64,000 nucleotides of DNA from Candidatus Poribacteria bacterium (GTDB taxonomy: Bacteria > Poribacteria > WGA-4E > PCPOR2b), in NCBI GenBank assembly GCA_965218095.1, contig OZ244587.1:864001-928000 (forward strand). The letters are read 5' to 3'. Under the pieces are notes generated by a model, which did no database searches, was not told where the DNA came from, and saw only the letters and a list, made by a program, of their open reading frames with translations. Shown one piece after another: positions 31,481-40,907 of this stretch. Within the stretch, counting starts at the first letter, position 1, and each line of letters starts with the position of its first letter. Made by a program: the position numbers and the translations under genes.

Positions 31481-32586
31481 TGTCACTAATCGTGATTTCA
31501 GGCGGCGGCACCGGCGGTCACATTTATCCGGCGATCGGGATTGCTAAAGAACTCACACAACTCGACACGGAGATCGATGTTGTCTTCATCGGTGGGGTAG
31601 ACCGCCTTGAATCAACACTTGTTCCGCAGCATGGGTTTCGGTTTCTGCCGATTTCCGTCGCAGGCTTCCCACGAAAGCTAGCGTGGCGGTGGATACCCGT
31701 TATCGGCAAGGTATGCTCTGGCTTTGCGCGATCATTATGGCTGCTCAAAAATTTGAAACCCAGCGTTGTCGTGGGGACAGGTGGTTACGTTTGTGGTCCG
31801 GTACTTTTCGCCGCCGTATTGCTTGGTATTTCCACACTCATACAGGAGCAGAATGCCGCTCCCGGCCTGACAAATCGCATCCTGGCGCGTTGGGCAAAAG
31901 CGATTTATCTCGCATTTGGAACGGCTGCGACGCACTTTCCGGTTCAAAAAACGAAAGTGATAGGCAACCCAATCCGCCGAACGATCGGGGCGGTTGAACG
32001 GGATTGCCAAACTTACGAAGCACTTGAACTAGATCCAGACCGGAAAACCGTGTTTGTTATGGGCGGCAGTCAAGGTGCACACGCCATTAACCAAACTGTA
32101 ATGGATGCCCTGAATGATTTAGAGCCCTTCCATCAGCAACTCCAAATCATCCATCAGACGGGAAAAGCGGATTACAAGGAAGTGAAAGCACGGTACATTG
32201 CCTCGTCACTGCGATATCTGGTGCAACCGTACTTCGATCCCATTGAGGCAGTTTACAGCATCACTGACTTGATGGTGTGTCGAGCAGGCGGGATGACAAT
32301 CTCCGAGATTACCGCCTGTGGCCTTCCAGCAATTTTTATCCCTTTGCCGACGGCTGCCGGCGATCATCAGACGCTGAACGCCCGGGCAGTTGCAGACGCA
32401 GGTGGGGCAATTGTGTTGAATCAACACATATTGACCGGATCTGAACTGGCTAGGGAAATCGTGCAAATCATCGCCGATCCCCAAAAGCACCAACGCCTAG
32501 CAAACGCAAGCTGCAAGTTAGGCAATCTACACGCTGGCGAAGATATTGCGAAATCGATCTATTCTATCGTAATGCGTAATACGTAA
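31480..32586 (+). CDS. murG: Lipid II GlcNAc transferase
   Basis: 'GGGTGGHIYP', 'EQNAAPG', 'GGSQGA', 'CRAGG'. Confidence 0.97.
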   Translation: MSLIVISGGGTGGHIYPAIGIAKELTQLDTEIDVVFIGGVDRLESTLVPQHGFRFLPISVAGFPRKLAWRWIPVIGKVCSGFARSLWLLKNLKPSVVVGTGGYVCGPVLFAAVLLGISTLIQEQNAAPGLTNRILARWAKAIYLAFGTAATHFPVQKTKVIGNPIRRTIGAVERDCQTYEALELDPDRKTVFVMGGSQGAHAINQTVMDALNDLEPFHQQLQIIHQTGKADYKEVKARYIASSLRYLVQPYFDPIEAVYSITDLMVCRAGGMTISEITACGLPAIFIPLPTAAGDHQTLNARAVADAGGAIVLNQHILTGSELAREIVQIIADPQKHQRLANASCKLGNLHAGEDIAKSIYSIVMRNT

Positions 32587-32668
32587 GGCATTACGCATTA
32601 CGGGAAAAATGTTTTACGCAATACACCTTACATTTCAATTTCACGTTTCAATCATCACGTATTCTACG
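32568..32668. repeat. Heptamer (cgtaatg/cattacg-type) repeat forming an inverted structure
   Basis: cgtaatg cgtaata cgtaagg cattacg cattacg; perfect 13-bp inverted repeat; related copies elsewhere in the window. Confidence 0.7.
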
Positions 32669-34045
32669 ATGTTCGGGAAAACACGTCATATTCACATCAT
32701 TGGTATCGGTGGTGCAGGACTCAGCGGGATTGCCGAGATTTTGTTGAGCCTCAACTTTCAGGTGTCCGGATCGGATCTGCACCATACGGAAACCACTGAA
32801 CGCCTGGCGGACCTGGGTGCCAAGGTTTATTATGGCCACGCAACTGAACAGATCGGGGGTGCGGACGTTGTCGTCATGTCTCCCGCTGTTCCTCTCCAGA
32901 ATCCCGAAGTGATTTCGGCGAAGAAACGCAAGATCCCTGTCATTCGTGGCGCCGAAATGCTCGCAGAAATCATGCAGATGAAATTCAGCGTCGCGATCAG
33001 TGGTACACACGGTAAAACCACAACAACGGCGATGACAGCAGCAGTGCTGGAAAAACTTGATCCAACCGTTGTCGTCGGCGGGAAGCTAGTCAGCCTGGGC
33101 AGCCATGCGCGAATCGGGCATGGGGAAATGATGGTCGTTGAGGCGGACGAGGCCTACGGCTCGATTGAGAAATTCTTCCCGACAATCGCTGTAGTGACAT
33201 CAATTGATGCTGATCACCTTGACTATTACAACAACGTTGAAGAGATCGGCGAGACGTTTCTAAAATTTATTAACAAAATTCCTTTCTACGGTGCCGCGGT
33301 ACTATGCTTGGATCAGGAAAACATCCAGCAACTCATCCCCCGAATCGAAAAACGCTATGTGACCTACGGTATTGAGACGCGCGCAGATTTGATGGCGGAG
33401 CGGTTGCGGGCTGATGGCCCAACTTCGCACTACCGGGTCCGCGCAAACGGGGAGGTTTTAGGAAAAGTTCACCTGAAGATGCCGGGCGACCACAATATCT
33501 CAAACTCGTTGGGAGCAATCGCTGTTGGACTTGAATTAGGAGTACCATTCGATCAGATTCGAGATGCCCTGGAATCTTTTCGTGGGGTCCACCGTCGTTT
33601 TGAGATCATCGGTCAAGTCAACGACATTATTGTGGTTGATGATTATGCGCACAACCCGGCGAAGCTGAAAGCAACCTTCCAGGCTGCCCGTGAGAGTTAT
33701 AATCGTCGTATCGTCGCCGTTTTTCAGCCACACCGTTATCAGCGTGTGAAGCATCTCGCCGAAGAGTTCTCAAGATCGTTTTATCAAACGGACGTATTAA
33801 TTGTTACCTCAATCTATGGCGCCGGAGAGGCGCCAGTCGAAGGAGTTACTGCGCAAAAGCTGGCAGGCGCGATTCAAGCGCATGGACATCGGCATGTGAT
33901 CTATCTCCCGGACGAAAACGAGATTACAGAGACCCTGATGCAGATCGTTCGTCCGAATGATATTGTTATCACAGTTGGTGCGGGCGACATCTGGCAAGTT
34001 GGTCGAGAATTATTGGAAAAGCTCGGTGAAGACATGAGGAGTTAA
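32669..34045 (+). CDS. murC: UDP-MurNAc:L-Ala ligase
   Basis: 'GIGGAGLSG', 'GTHGKTTTT', 'EADE', 'DDYAHNP', 'FQPHRY'. Confidence 0.97.
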   Translation: MFGKTRHIHIIGIGGAGLSGIAEILLSLNFQVSGSDLHHTETTERLADLGAKVYYGHATEQIGGADVVVMSPAVPLQNPEVISAKKRKIPVIRGAEMLAEIMQMKFSVAISGTHGKTTTTAMTAAVLEKLDPTVVVGGKLVSLGSHARIGHGEMMVVEADEAYGSIEKFFPTIAVVTSIDADHLDYYNNVEEIGETFLKFINKIPFYGAAVLCLDQENIQQLIPRIEKRYVTYGIETRADLMAERLRADGPTSHYRVRANGEVLGKVHLKMPGDHNISNSLGAIAVGLELGVPFDQIRDALESFRGVHRRFEIIGQVNDIIVVDDYAHNPAKLKATFQAARESYNRRIVAVFQPHRYQRVKHLAEEFSRSFYQTDVLIVTSIYGAGEAPVEGVTAQKLAGAIQAHGHRHVIYLPDENEITETLMQIVRPNDIVITVGAGDIWQVGRELLEKLGEDMRS

Positions 34046-34336
34046 CGAAAATTTTGCACAAATCGTGAAAGACTTATGAGCAAAATTCGGAATCGCCGTA
34101 CAGGTATGTCATCTTGTAATCGTTAAAAATCTCATATTGTGAAAATAGAATTCACGGAATATAGCGCCTGAGAATCTGATCATGTAGGAGTTTGGGCGAG
34201 TTTCTGAAGGATGTGAATTTAACAATACATTATCTTCGATTTCACATCGTCGCATTTTTTAATGGTTACATCTTGTTCAGGAAGCCGCAAAAAGACCCAT
34301 ATTTGTAGATTTGGGGACAAATTGCGTCAATTTTGG

Positions 34337-34365
34337 TTGATATTTGCAATTGTTTGTAGTATAAT
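34337..34365 (+). promoter_or_regulatory. Internal sigma-70-type promoter
   Basis: TTGATA-N17-TATAAT ending 10 nt before ATG 34376. Confidence 0.55.
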
Positions 34366-34375
34366 CAATTACATC

Positions 34376-34573
34376 ATGCGTAAGGAAGTCGTACAGTTCC
34401 GACTTGATAAAGATTTGCACGAGTTTGTGAAGAAATATGCCAAGCTCAAGCGTATGTCAATAAGCCAAGTTATACGGCTTTGTGTCCTTGAATTTTGCGA
34501 CGAACATCAAGACGAAGAACACCAGATGGAGGTGAATGATGTATCTCACTCCCCGGATCAAGGTAAAGCCTGA
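34376..34573 (+). CDS. Ribbon-helix-helix (CopG/Arc-like) DNA-binding protein
   Basis: 'MRKEVVQFRLDKDLHEFVKKYAKLKRMSISQVIRLCVLEF' fits the RHH pattern (alternating beta strand, helix, S-x-S turn, helix). Confidence 0.65.
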   Translation: MRKEVVQFRLDKDLHEFVKKYAKLKRMSISQVIRLCVLEFCDEHQDEEHQMEVNDVSHSPDQGKA

Positions 34574-34970
34574 TGATACACTTGATGCTCTGGCAAAAAA
34601 AGCGGGCGAATCTGTTCAGATGTGGATGCAGATATTACCGCGATGGCGTTAGTGCAATCCACCTTTGGAATAAGGTATCAGGGTTTTTGCTGAATCCTGT
34701 AGTCGGGACTATGACACCCCCCGAGGGATCAATTTTACCGGCATCCTTGTCGCTCAGGAATGCAGCATCTGCGAAATTCCTGACTTGCCTGCGCGCAACG
34801 TACATGCAGGATTTATTCGCGGTGAATACGTTAAGTCTGACACCTTCGCACAGTATATCTTATGAATATGACTTGTTCCCGTTTTTTTGGAGGGTTGTCC
34901 CGATGTTTAATCGGAGGCTGAAGGAGAGACCCAATTGAAATCAGGCGCCTAGATTCCGGAGCCGGTTCGG

Positions 34971-35861
34971 TTGCCAGAGAAACTCGCACAACATATCAAT
35001 GCACCGAGTCTTGGTTACGAAATGCAATCTCCATCACGTCAGTTTCCCACTCGGCCGAAAGTTCATCTACTTCCGGTACGTGAAAATTCCCCACGACAGG
35101 TCGGACGATATTTAACACTTGGCACAATATTTATAATTGCACTGCTTTTTATCCATCATTTGACATCGGCGGGTGGCTTTTTTCGCGTGAAGTGGATTTC
35201 CATCATTGGCAGCGATCACTATACACGAAAAGAGGTTATTGCTGCTTCGGGTTTAAGTCCTCAGCGAAGTAATGTGCATACCCTTTCAGGATATGAAATC
35301 GAAAAACGGCTCAAACAACAACTCAGCTACGTCAAACAAGCAAATATCTCAAAAAGCGTATTAAAACGCGCTCTGACGATCGAGATAACTGAAAGAGAAC
35401 CGGTCGCGCTACTGAAGTATCCTGAAAATAGTCGAGTTCGCTTTGCGTTGGTGGATCTTGAGGGATATATATTAGAATATATTGAGTTGTCGCCAGCTCC
35501 CGATGTAATCGTCACGATTATCAGCGACGGATGGCAACTACCTCAGTTGGGAACTCAGGTTTATTCCGATGGGGTTCAACGGGCCTTAAAAGTGCTACGT
35601 TCCACTCTCAGTCTGACACCCGAAATTGCCTCCACACTCCACACAATTGATGCGAATCAACCGGATAAGATTACTCTCCAATTTAGCAATTTTCCCGTGG
35701 TATGGCTTTCATTGGATTTAATACAAGCTGGAATTTATCATATTGGTCTTTTTATGAAAAATCGAACGACTCTTTTAAAGGAAGGACAAAAGATTTCAAA
35801 TCCTCTTAATGGCTATTTAGACGCTAGGTTCGAGGAAGCTATATATTGGGGAGGACAATAA
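34971..35861 (+). CDS. ftsQ: Cell division protein FtsQ/DivIB (start uncertain)
   Basis: Single TM, POTRA 'FFRVKWISIIGSDHYT', 'ITEREPVA', 'YLDARF'; directly upstream of ftsA. Confidence 0.85.
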   Translation: MPEKLAQHINAPSLGYEMQSPSRQFPTRPKVHLLPVRENSPRQVGRYLTLGTIFIIALLFIHHLTSAGGFFRVKWISIIGSDHYTRKEVIAASGLSPQRSNVHTLSGYEIEKRLKQQLSYVKQANISKSVLKRALTIEITEREPVALLKYPENSRVRFALVDLEGYILEYIELSPAPDVIVTIISDGWQLPQLGTQVYSDGVQRALKVLRSTLSLTPEIASTLHTIDANQPDKITLQFSNFPVVWLSLDLIQAGIYHIGLFMKNRTTLLKEGQKISNPLNGYLDARFEEAIYWGGQ

Positions 35862-35862
35862 G

Positions 35863-37104
35863 ATGGCGCTAGAGGATATCGTTGTCGGCCTAGATATCGG
35901 AACCAGCAAAATCGCTGTAATTATTGGAAATACGTGGCAGGGCGATCCGGAAAAGATTGAGATTATTGGAGTGGGCCAAGTCCCTTCCGAAGGATTGCGG
36001 AAAGGGGTTGTCGTCGATGTTGATCTCACGACAGCTTCCATTCGCCAGGCCGTTGAAGCTGCTGAGCTAATGGCAGGGGTTGAGATCGGATCTGTGTACG
36101 CCGGAATCGCAGGTGGACACATTACAGGACAAACTTCTCATGGACTTGTTGCGGTTTCAGGAGAGGGACACGAGATTACACAATCCGATGTGGAACGCGC
36201 AATTAACGCGGCGCAAGCGATCTCAATTCCGGTTGAACGAGAGGTACTTCACATTATTCCGCAAGGTTTCGTTGTCGACAATCAGGATGGGATCAAAGAT
36301 CCGGTAGGCATGTCTGGCATTCGGCTTGAGGCCTACGTCCACATCGTTACGGGTGCAGTTGCGTCAGCGCAAAACCTCGTCAAAAGTATTTATAATGCGG
36401 GCCTTTCCGTTGAAAACATCGTTTTAGAACCTATCGCTTCTGCTGAAGCAGTCTTAACGACCGAAGAAAAGGGACTTGGGGTTGTCCTCGCTGACATGGG
36501 AGGGGGAACCACAGATATTATGATTTATAAGGATGGCGCCGTCCACCATACGGGTGTGCTCTCGCTTGGTGGCAATCATGTAAGGGATGATATTGCTCAA
36601 CTGTTACAAATGACTCCGCAGGAGTCGGAAAGAATCAAGCTGCGTTACGGTTGTGCAATGGTTGACCTCGCGGATCAGAATGACGCCATTCCAATCTCGA
36701 CAGTTGGAGGTGTGCGTAAACCACGTTTCATTAACCGGCAGGACTTGGCAGAGATTATTCAGTGCCGAATGGAAGAGTTCTTAAGTCTGATCGGTCAGGA
36801 AATCTACAATTGCCATCTCAATGTGCCGGCCGGAGTTGTTCTCACCGGTGGAACCACACTTCTTGATGGGCTTCTCGAATTGGCTGAACAGACTTTCCCT
36901 TGTCCAGTGCGGGTCGGATACCCCCACCCATTGAAAGGATTAACAGAGAAAGTACACAGTCCGGTTTATGCAACAGGTGTCGGGCTTGTTCTTTACGGTG
37001 CAATGGAACGGTATAGAGAACCCAAAAGGACTTTCATCAAAGGAACAAACTTGTTTGAGCAAATTCTCAAACGCATGAAAGATTGGTTTGATGACTGGCT
37101 CTAA
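35863..37104 (+). CDS. ftsA: Cell division protein FtsA
   Basis: 'GLDIGTSK', 'DMGGGTTD', 'VLTGG'. Confidence 0.97.
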   Translation: MALEDIVVGLDIGTSKIAVIIGNTWQGDPEKIEIIGVGQVPSEGLRKGVVVDVDLTTASIRQAVEAAELMAGVEIGSVYAGIAGGHITGQTSHGLVAVSGEGHEITQSDVERAINAAQAISIPVEREVLHIIPQGFVVDNQDGIKDPVGMSGIRLEAYVHIVTGAVASAQNLVKSIYNAGLSVENIVLEPIASAEAVLTTEEKGLGVVLADMGGGTTDIMIYKDGAVHHTGVLSLGGNHVRDDIAQLLQMTPQESERIKLRYGCAMVDLADQNDAIPISTVGGVRKPRFINRQDLAEIIQCRMEEFLSLIGQEIYNCHLNVPAGVVLTGGTTLLDGLLELAEQTFPCPVRVGYPHPLKGLTEKVHSPVYATGVGLVLYGAMERYREPKRTFIKGTNLFEQILKRMKDWFDDWL

Positions 37105-37153
37105 ATACGAGGATGGCGCCAGAATTTTGCACCCTCCAGAAGATAAAAAAGTA

Positions 37154-37182
37154 TTGACTTTAATCTTGTCGTGCTCTATAAT
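37154..37182 (+). promoter_or_regulatory. Sigma-70-type promoter of ftsZ
   Basis: TTGACT-N17-TATAAT, about 190 nt before the ftsZ ATG. Confidence 0.6.
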
Positions 37183-37371
37183 CTGAATATTTAGTTGTTG
37201 TAGTCTGCGGATTTGCCTCTTTGCTGGGCATTGTGGCTTTCCGTTGAAATACAGAAACTGAACTACAGAAATACGAATTCGGGGTGAACCTATAAACTTG
37301 ACACTCAGGTGCGCGTAAGACAACGGAGGAATTAGGTTACTTCGTCAACAGGCGGGTAACTAAAATTAATC

Positions 37372-38598
37372 ATGAATGATAACGTTATCGAGTTTGTTGA
37401 ACAGGATGAATTTACAAATGTCGCTCGTATCAAAGTTATTGGGGTCGGGGGTGGAGGAAGCAATGCTGTTAGGCGCATGATTGAGGCAGAATTGGCTGGC
37501 GTGGAATTCTATGTGGTTAACACCGATGTCCAAGCTCTCAGAACATGCCAAAATGCGACACGAGTGCAGATTGGCGCTAACACGACGGGAGGACTCGGTG
37601 CTGGGGCATGCCCGGACATAGGACGCAGAGCGGCTGAGGAGGATAAAGAAAACCTCAGAAGCATTGTCGATGGAGCAGACATGGTGTTCGTTACAGCTGG
37701 TATGGGAGGCGGCACAGGTACCGGGGCCGCGCCTATTATTGCCGGTCTTGCCAAGGAAACGGACGCATTGACAATCGGTGTCGTGACACGTCCGTTTGAA
37801 TTTGAGGGTAGGCAGCGAGCCGTCCAGGCGGAGGCCGGCGTCGAAGAGATGCGAGAGAGTACGGATTCCGTTATCGTCATTCCGAACCAGCGTCTTATTG
37901 AGGAATGCGATCGGAAGATGCCCATCCGTACGGCCTTTCGGATGGGGGATCAAATTTTACTCCACGCTGTCCAGAGCATCTCTGATCTCATCATGGTCCC
38001 CGGCGAGATTAATCTTGACTTTGCTGATGTCAGGACGGTTATGGCTAACGCAGGCGGCGCATTGATGGGAATCGGCGTGGCGACCGGTGACAACCGCGCT
38101 GAAAGTGCGGCGAAGCATGCAATCTCTTCGCCCCTGTTGGAGGAAAATTCCATTGAGGGAGCGACGGGAATTATTGTGAATATCACGGGGCCGAGTGACA
38201 TGGCGATGCACGAGTTGGAAGACGCAATGGAGGTTCTCAAAAGCGCCTCGGATACCGAGCAGTTAATTTTTGGGCTTGCTTATGACGAAGGTTTGGAAGA
38301 TGAACTGCGCGTGACTGTGATTGCCACAGGATTTGACCCACAGTACCGAACGAGAAAGCAGCCCGGAGTGCAAGGCGAAGTCACGAATATAGAAGACTTC
38401 TTACGCACCACCCCACCAGGAAACGCAAGGCAAGCCAATTATAGTAGAAGACAGACAGATTCATTTATGCCGCAGTCAAGACTGACGCCGGAACGTCCTA
38501 AACGTGATTTTGCTGAACGTGAACTCGCAGGAAACGATGAAGATATCTTGGATATCCCTGCGTTTCTGCGGGTACGCAGTCTGAAGGACAGAAAATAG
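37372..38598 (+). CDS. ftsZ: Cell division protein FtsZ
   Basis: 'GVGGGGSN', 'GMGGGTGTG', 'INLDFAD', C-terminal 'LDIPAFLR'. Confidence 0.99.
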   Translation: MNDNVIEFVEQDEFTNVARIKVIGVGGGGSNAVRRMIEAELAGVEFYVVNTDVQALRTCQNATRVQIGANTTGGLGAGACPDIGRRAAEEDKENLRSIVDGADMVFVTAGMGGGTGTGAAPIIAGLAKETDALTIGVVTRPFEFEGRQRAVQAEAGVEEMRESTDSVIVIPNQRLIEECDRKMPIRTAFRMGDQILLHAVQSISDLIMVPGEINLDFADVRTVMANAGGALMGIGVATGDNRAESAAKHAISSPLLEENSIEGATGIIVNITGPSDMAMHELEDAMEVLKSASDTEQLIFGLAYDEGLEDELRVTVIATGFDPQYRTRKQPGVQGEVTNIEDFLRTTPPGNARQANYSRRQTDSFMPQSRLTPERPKRDFAERELAGNDEDILDIPAFLRVRSLKDRK

Positions 38599-38603
38599 GC
38601 TTT

Positions 38604-40352
38604 GTGCAAGCCCAAATCGCTATGCAACGAGATCTACGCCAAACCTATCAAGAGCTCTTCAAGGGTGAACATCACCCCCCTTTCAATTTCAGGAAAAACA
38701 ACAAGTTTGCGCTGATCTACCCGAGCACCTATTACCTCGGCATGTCAAGTCTTGGGATGCAGGTGATTTACTATCTCCTCAATCAGCGCGAAGATACCTC
38801 ATGCGAGCGTGCATTCCTTCCTGAACCGCAGATACTTTGTAAACTCGACCATAGCCGTACGACGCTATTTTCATTTGAAACGCAGACCCCGCTCAATCAA
38901 TTTAATCTGCTTGGATTCTCAGTCTCGTTTGAATCGGATTATGTCAATATTCCTACTACGTTGGAGATGGCAAAGCTCGAACCCATCGCCGCTGATAGGG
39001 CGGATTCCGATCCGTTGGTTATAGCGGGGGGCATCAATATCTCCTATAATCCCGAGCCCATCGCCGATTTCATTGATGTCTTCGTTGTCGGCGAAGCGGA
39101 GATGACAATTCAGCACCTGATGGATATTTTCGGGGAGTGGAAGGTAAGCGGGGCATCGAAAGCGGAGTTATTGCGGGAACTTGCCACAGTCCCCGGACTT
39201 TATGTTCCACGCTTCTATGAAGTCGATTATAACGATGAGGGTGGCATTGAAGAAATGCGGGCAAACGCACCTGCACCTGCAAGCGTTCGCTCTGTCGCCA
39301 TTCCCAGGCTTGATAGCGCTGAAACCTGTACAAAGATCTTCACACCGGAGACGGAGTTCTCTAATGCGCACCTGATTGAGATTGTACGCGGCTGTGGTCG
39401 GCAATGTCGTTTCTGTGTTGCTGACTATGCGCGGCGATGGCCAAGGCATCGATCTGTAGAGAGTACCTTGCAACTTGCCGAACAAGCGCGTGGTATCACC
39501 GGTCGGATCGGCCTGGTAGGGGCTTCGATCTCAGACCACCCGCAGATTGATGAGATCGCTACAGGGTTGGTGGACAGAGGCTTCCGTATCTCCTGCGCTT
39601 CCCTGCGGGCTGAAACTGTTCGCACACCCTTGCTCGATGCGCTTGCCGATAGCGAACAAGGCACAATCACGATTGCACCAGAAGTCGCGACCGAAAATTT
39701 ACAAAAGGTCGTCAACAAAGCCATCCCGCGCGAACGGCTGTATCACGTTCTTGAACAAGCTATAAAACGAGACATCCTCAACCTCCGCCTCTACTTCCTC
39801 ATTGGCGTCCCCTACGAAACCTCCACCGACGTTGAAGCCATCGTTGATATGGCAAAGGATATGCGATCTATCCTCCTGCCTTACGCCAAAAAGTCTGGAC
39901 GGATGGCGCGTATCAGTTTCACAATTTCACCGATGGTCCCCAAACCCCACACCCCCTTCCAATGGGTAGCGATGGAAGATCCGAAGACAATCTCTCGGAA
40001 ACTCGCATTTCTGAGAAAAGAGATTGGTCGCATCGGTGGGATGAAAGTCTCCTCGGCGAGCGCCCGACTCGCATACCAGGAAGCGGTGTTCGCAAGAGGA
40101 GATCGACGACTTGGCAGGGTGATCTTAGATCTTGCCAGAGGCGCGTCGTGGAAAGCCGCCTTCCGCAAGCACGGCCTGGACCCCGATTTTTACGCCCTCC
40201 GCCCACGTTCACTTGGCGAGTTCAATCCGTGGGATTACCTCGATCTCAATGTCAAGCCCGAATTTCTACGCCTCGAACACAATAAGCATGAGAAAAGATT
40301 CATGACGAGCCCGTGCGATACTGCCGTTTGTAAGAAGTGCGGGGCATGTTGA
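38604..40352 (+). CDS. Radical SAM protein (TIGR03960-like)
   Basis: 'RGCGRQCRFC' CxxxCxxC, 'PKPHTPFQW', C-terminal 'CDTAVCKKCGAC'. Confidence 0.88.
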   Translation: MQAQIAMQRDLRQTYQELFKGEHHPPFNFRKNNKFALIYPSTYYLGMSSLGMQVIYYLLNQREDTSCERAFLPEPQILCKLDHSRTTLFSFETQTPLNQFNLLGFSVSFESDYVNIPTTLEMAKLEPIAADRADSDPLVIAGGINISYNPEPIADFIDVFVVGEAEMTIQHLMDIFGEWKVSGASKAELLRELATVPGLYVPRFYEVDYNDEGGIEEMRANAPAPASVRSVAIPRLDSAETCTKIFTPETEFSNAHLIEIVRGCGRQCRFCVADYARRWPRHRSVESTLQLAEQARGITGRIGLVGASISDHPQIDEIATGLVDRGFRISCASLRAETVRTPLLDALADSEQGTITIAPEVATENLQKVVNKAIPRERLYHVLEQAIKRDILNLRLYFLIGVPYETSTDVEAIVDMAKDMRSILLPYAKKSGRMARISFTISPMVPKPHTPFQWVAMEDPKTISRKLAFLRKEIGRIGGMKVSSASARLAYQEAVFARGDRRLGRVILDLARGASWKAAFRKHGLDPDFYALRPRSLGEFNPWDYLDLNVKPEFLRLEHNKHEKRFMTSPCDTAVCKKCGAC

Positions 40353-40419
40353 TACTACGAGCCTCACGAAACCTAAATCACAGCCTCAGCCCCTTGCCGT
40401 AGCTGCATTCGCATTCACG

Positions 40420-40610
40420 GTGATCGCAACGATACTGGCTTCGCTTGTCCTCTTTAGGGGGCCTTCCACCTCTGGAGCAACCCTTCCGCTCACGCGAGAA
40501 TCCGCATTCCAACGAGCTAAGTCCGAGAAACTTTTTCGCGTCGGTTATGGTCCATTTCCACCCTACACAATAATCGATCCCGCTGAATCCGACCCAAAGA
40601 AGCGAGTTTT
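40420..40610 (+). pseudogene. N-terminal fragment of a family 3 solute-binding protein
   Basis: 'SAFQRAKSEKLFRVGYGPFPPYTIIDP', then the sequence switches to the intron remnant. Confidence 0.45.
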
Positions 40611-40659
40611 GCTACACGGAAAGGAGAAGCTGACTACGTCGCCCTTGAGAAAAGATCAA

Positions 40660-40791
40660 ATTATAGGTCTTAATCTGCCAACCGTCAGGATAATTTTACC
40701 ATTACAGATTCGGAGAGCCATGTGCGGTGAAAGTGTGCGCACACGGTTCGGAGAGCGGAGGTGTCCCGCGAGGGACATTCTCCTCCCCTAC
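40660..40791 (+). mobile_element. Group II intron 3' remnant (domains V and VI)
   Basis: gagccatgtgcggtgaaagtgtgcgcacacggttc matches domain V (AGC triad, GAAA loop); domain VI hairpin ends ...ccctac. Confidence 0.8.
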
Positions 40792-40817
40792 CCACACCCC
40801 CGCCCCCAGTTTTGGGC

Positions 40818-40846
40818 TTGACATCAAATTCTATGAATGCTATCAT
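40818..40846 (+). promoter_or_regulatory. Sigma-70-type promoter
   Basis: TTGACA-N17-TATCAT with extended TG. Confidence 0.6.
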
Positions 40847-40907
40847 CCAAACATTCAGCGTGCCTCTGATTGGGTAACACCTAAATCCAATAAATCCAAG
40901 GCAAAAA

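Noticed and set aside
40660-40791. Active retroelement, retron or DGR
   Set aside because: No reverse transcriptase ORF and no template/variable repeat pair in the window.
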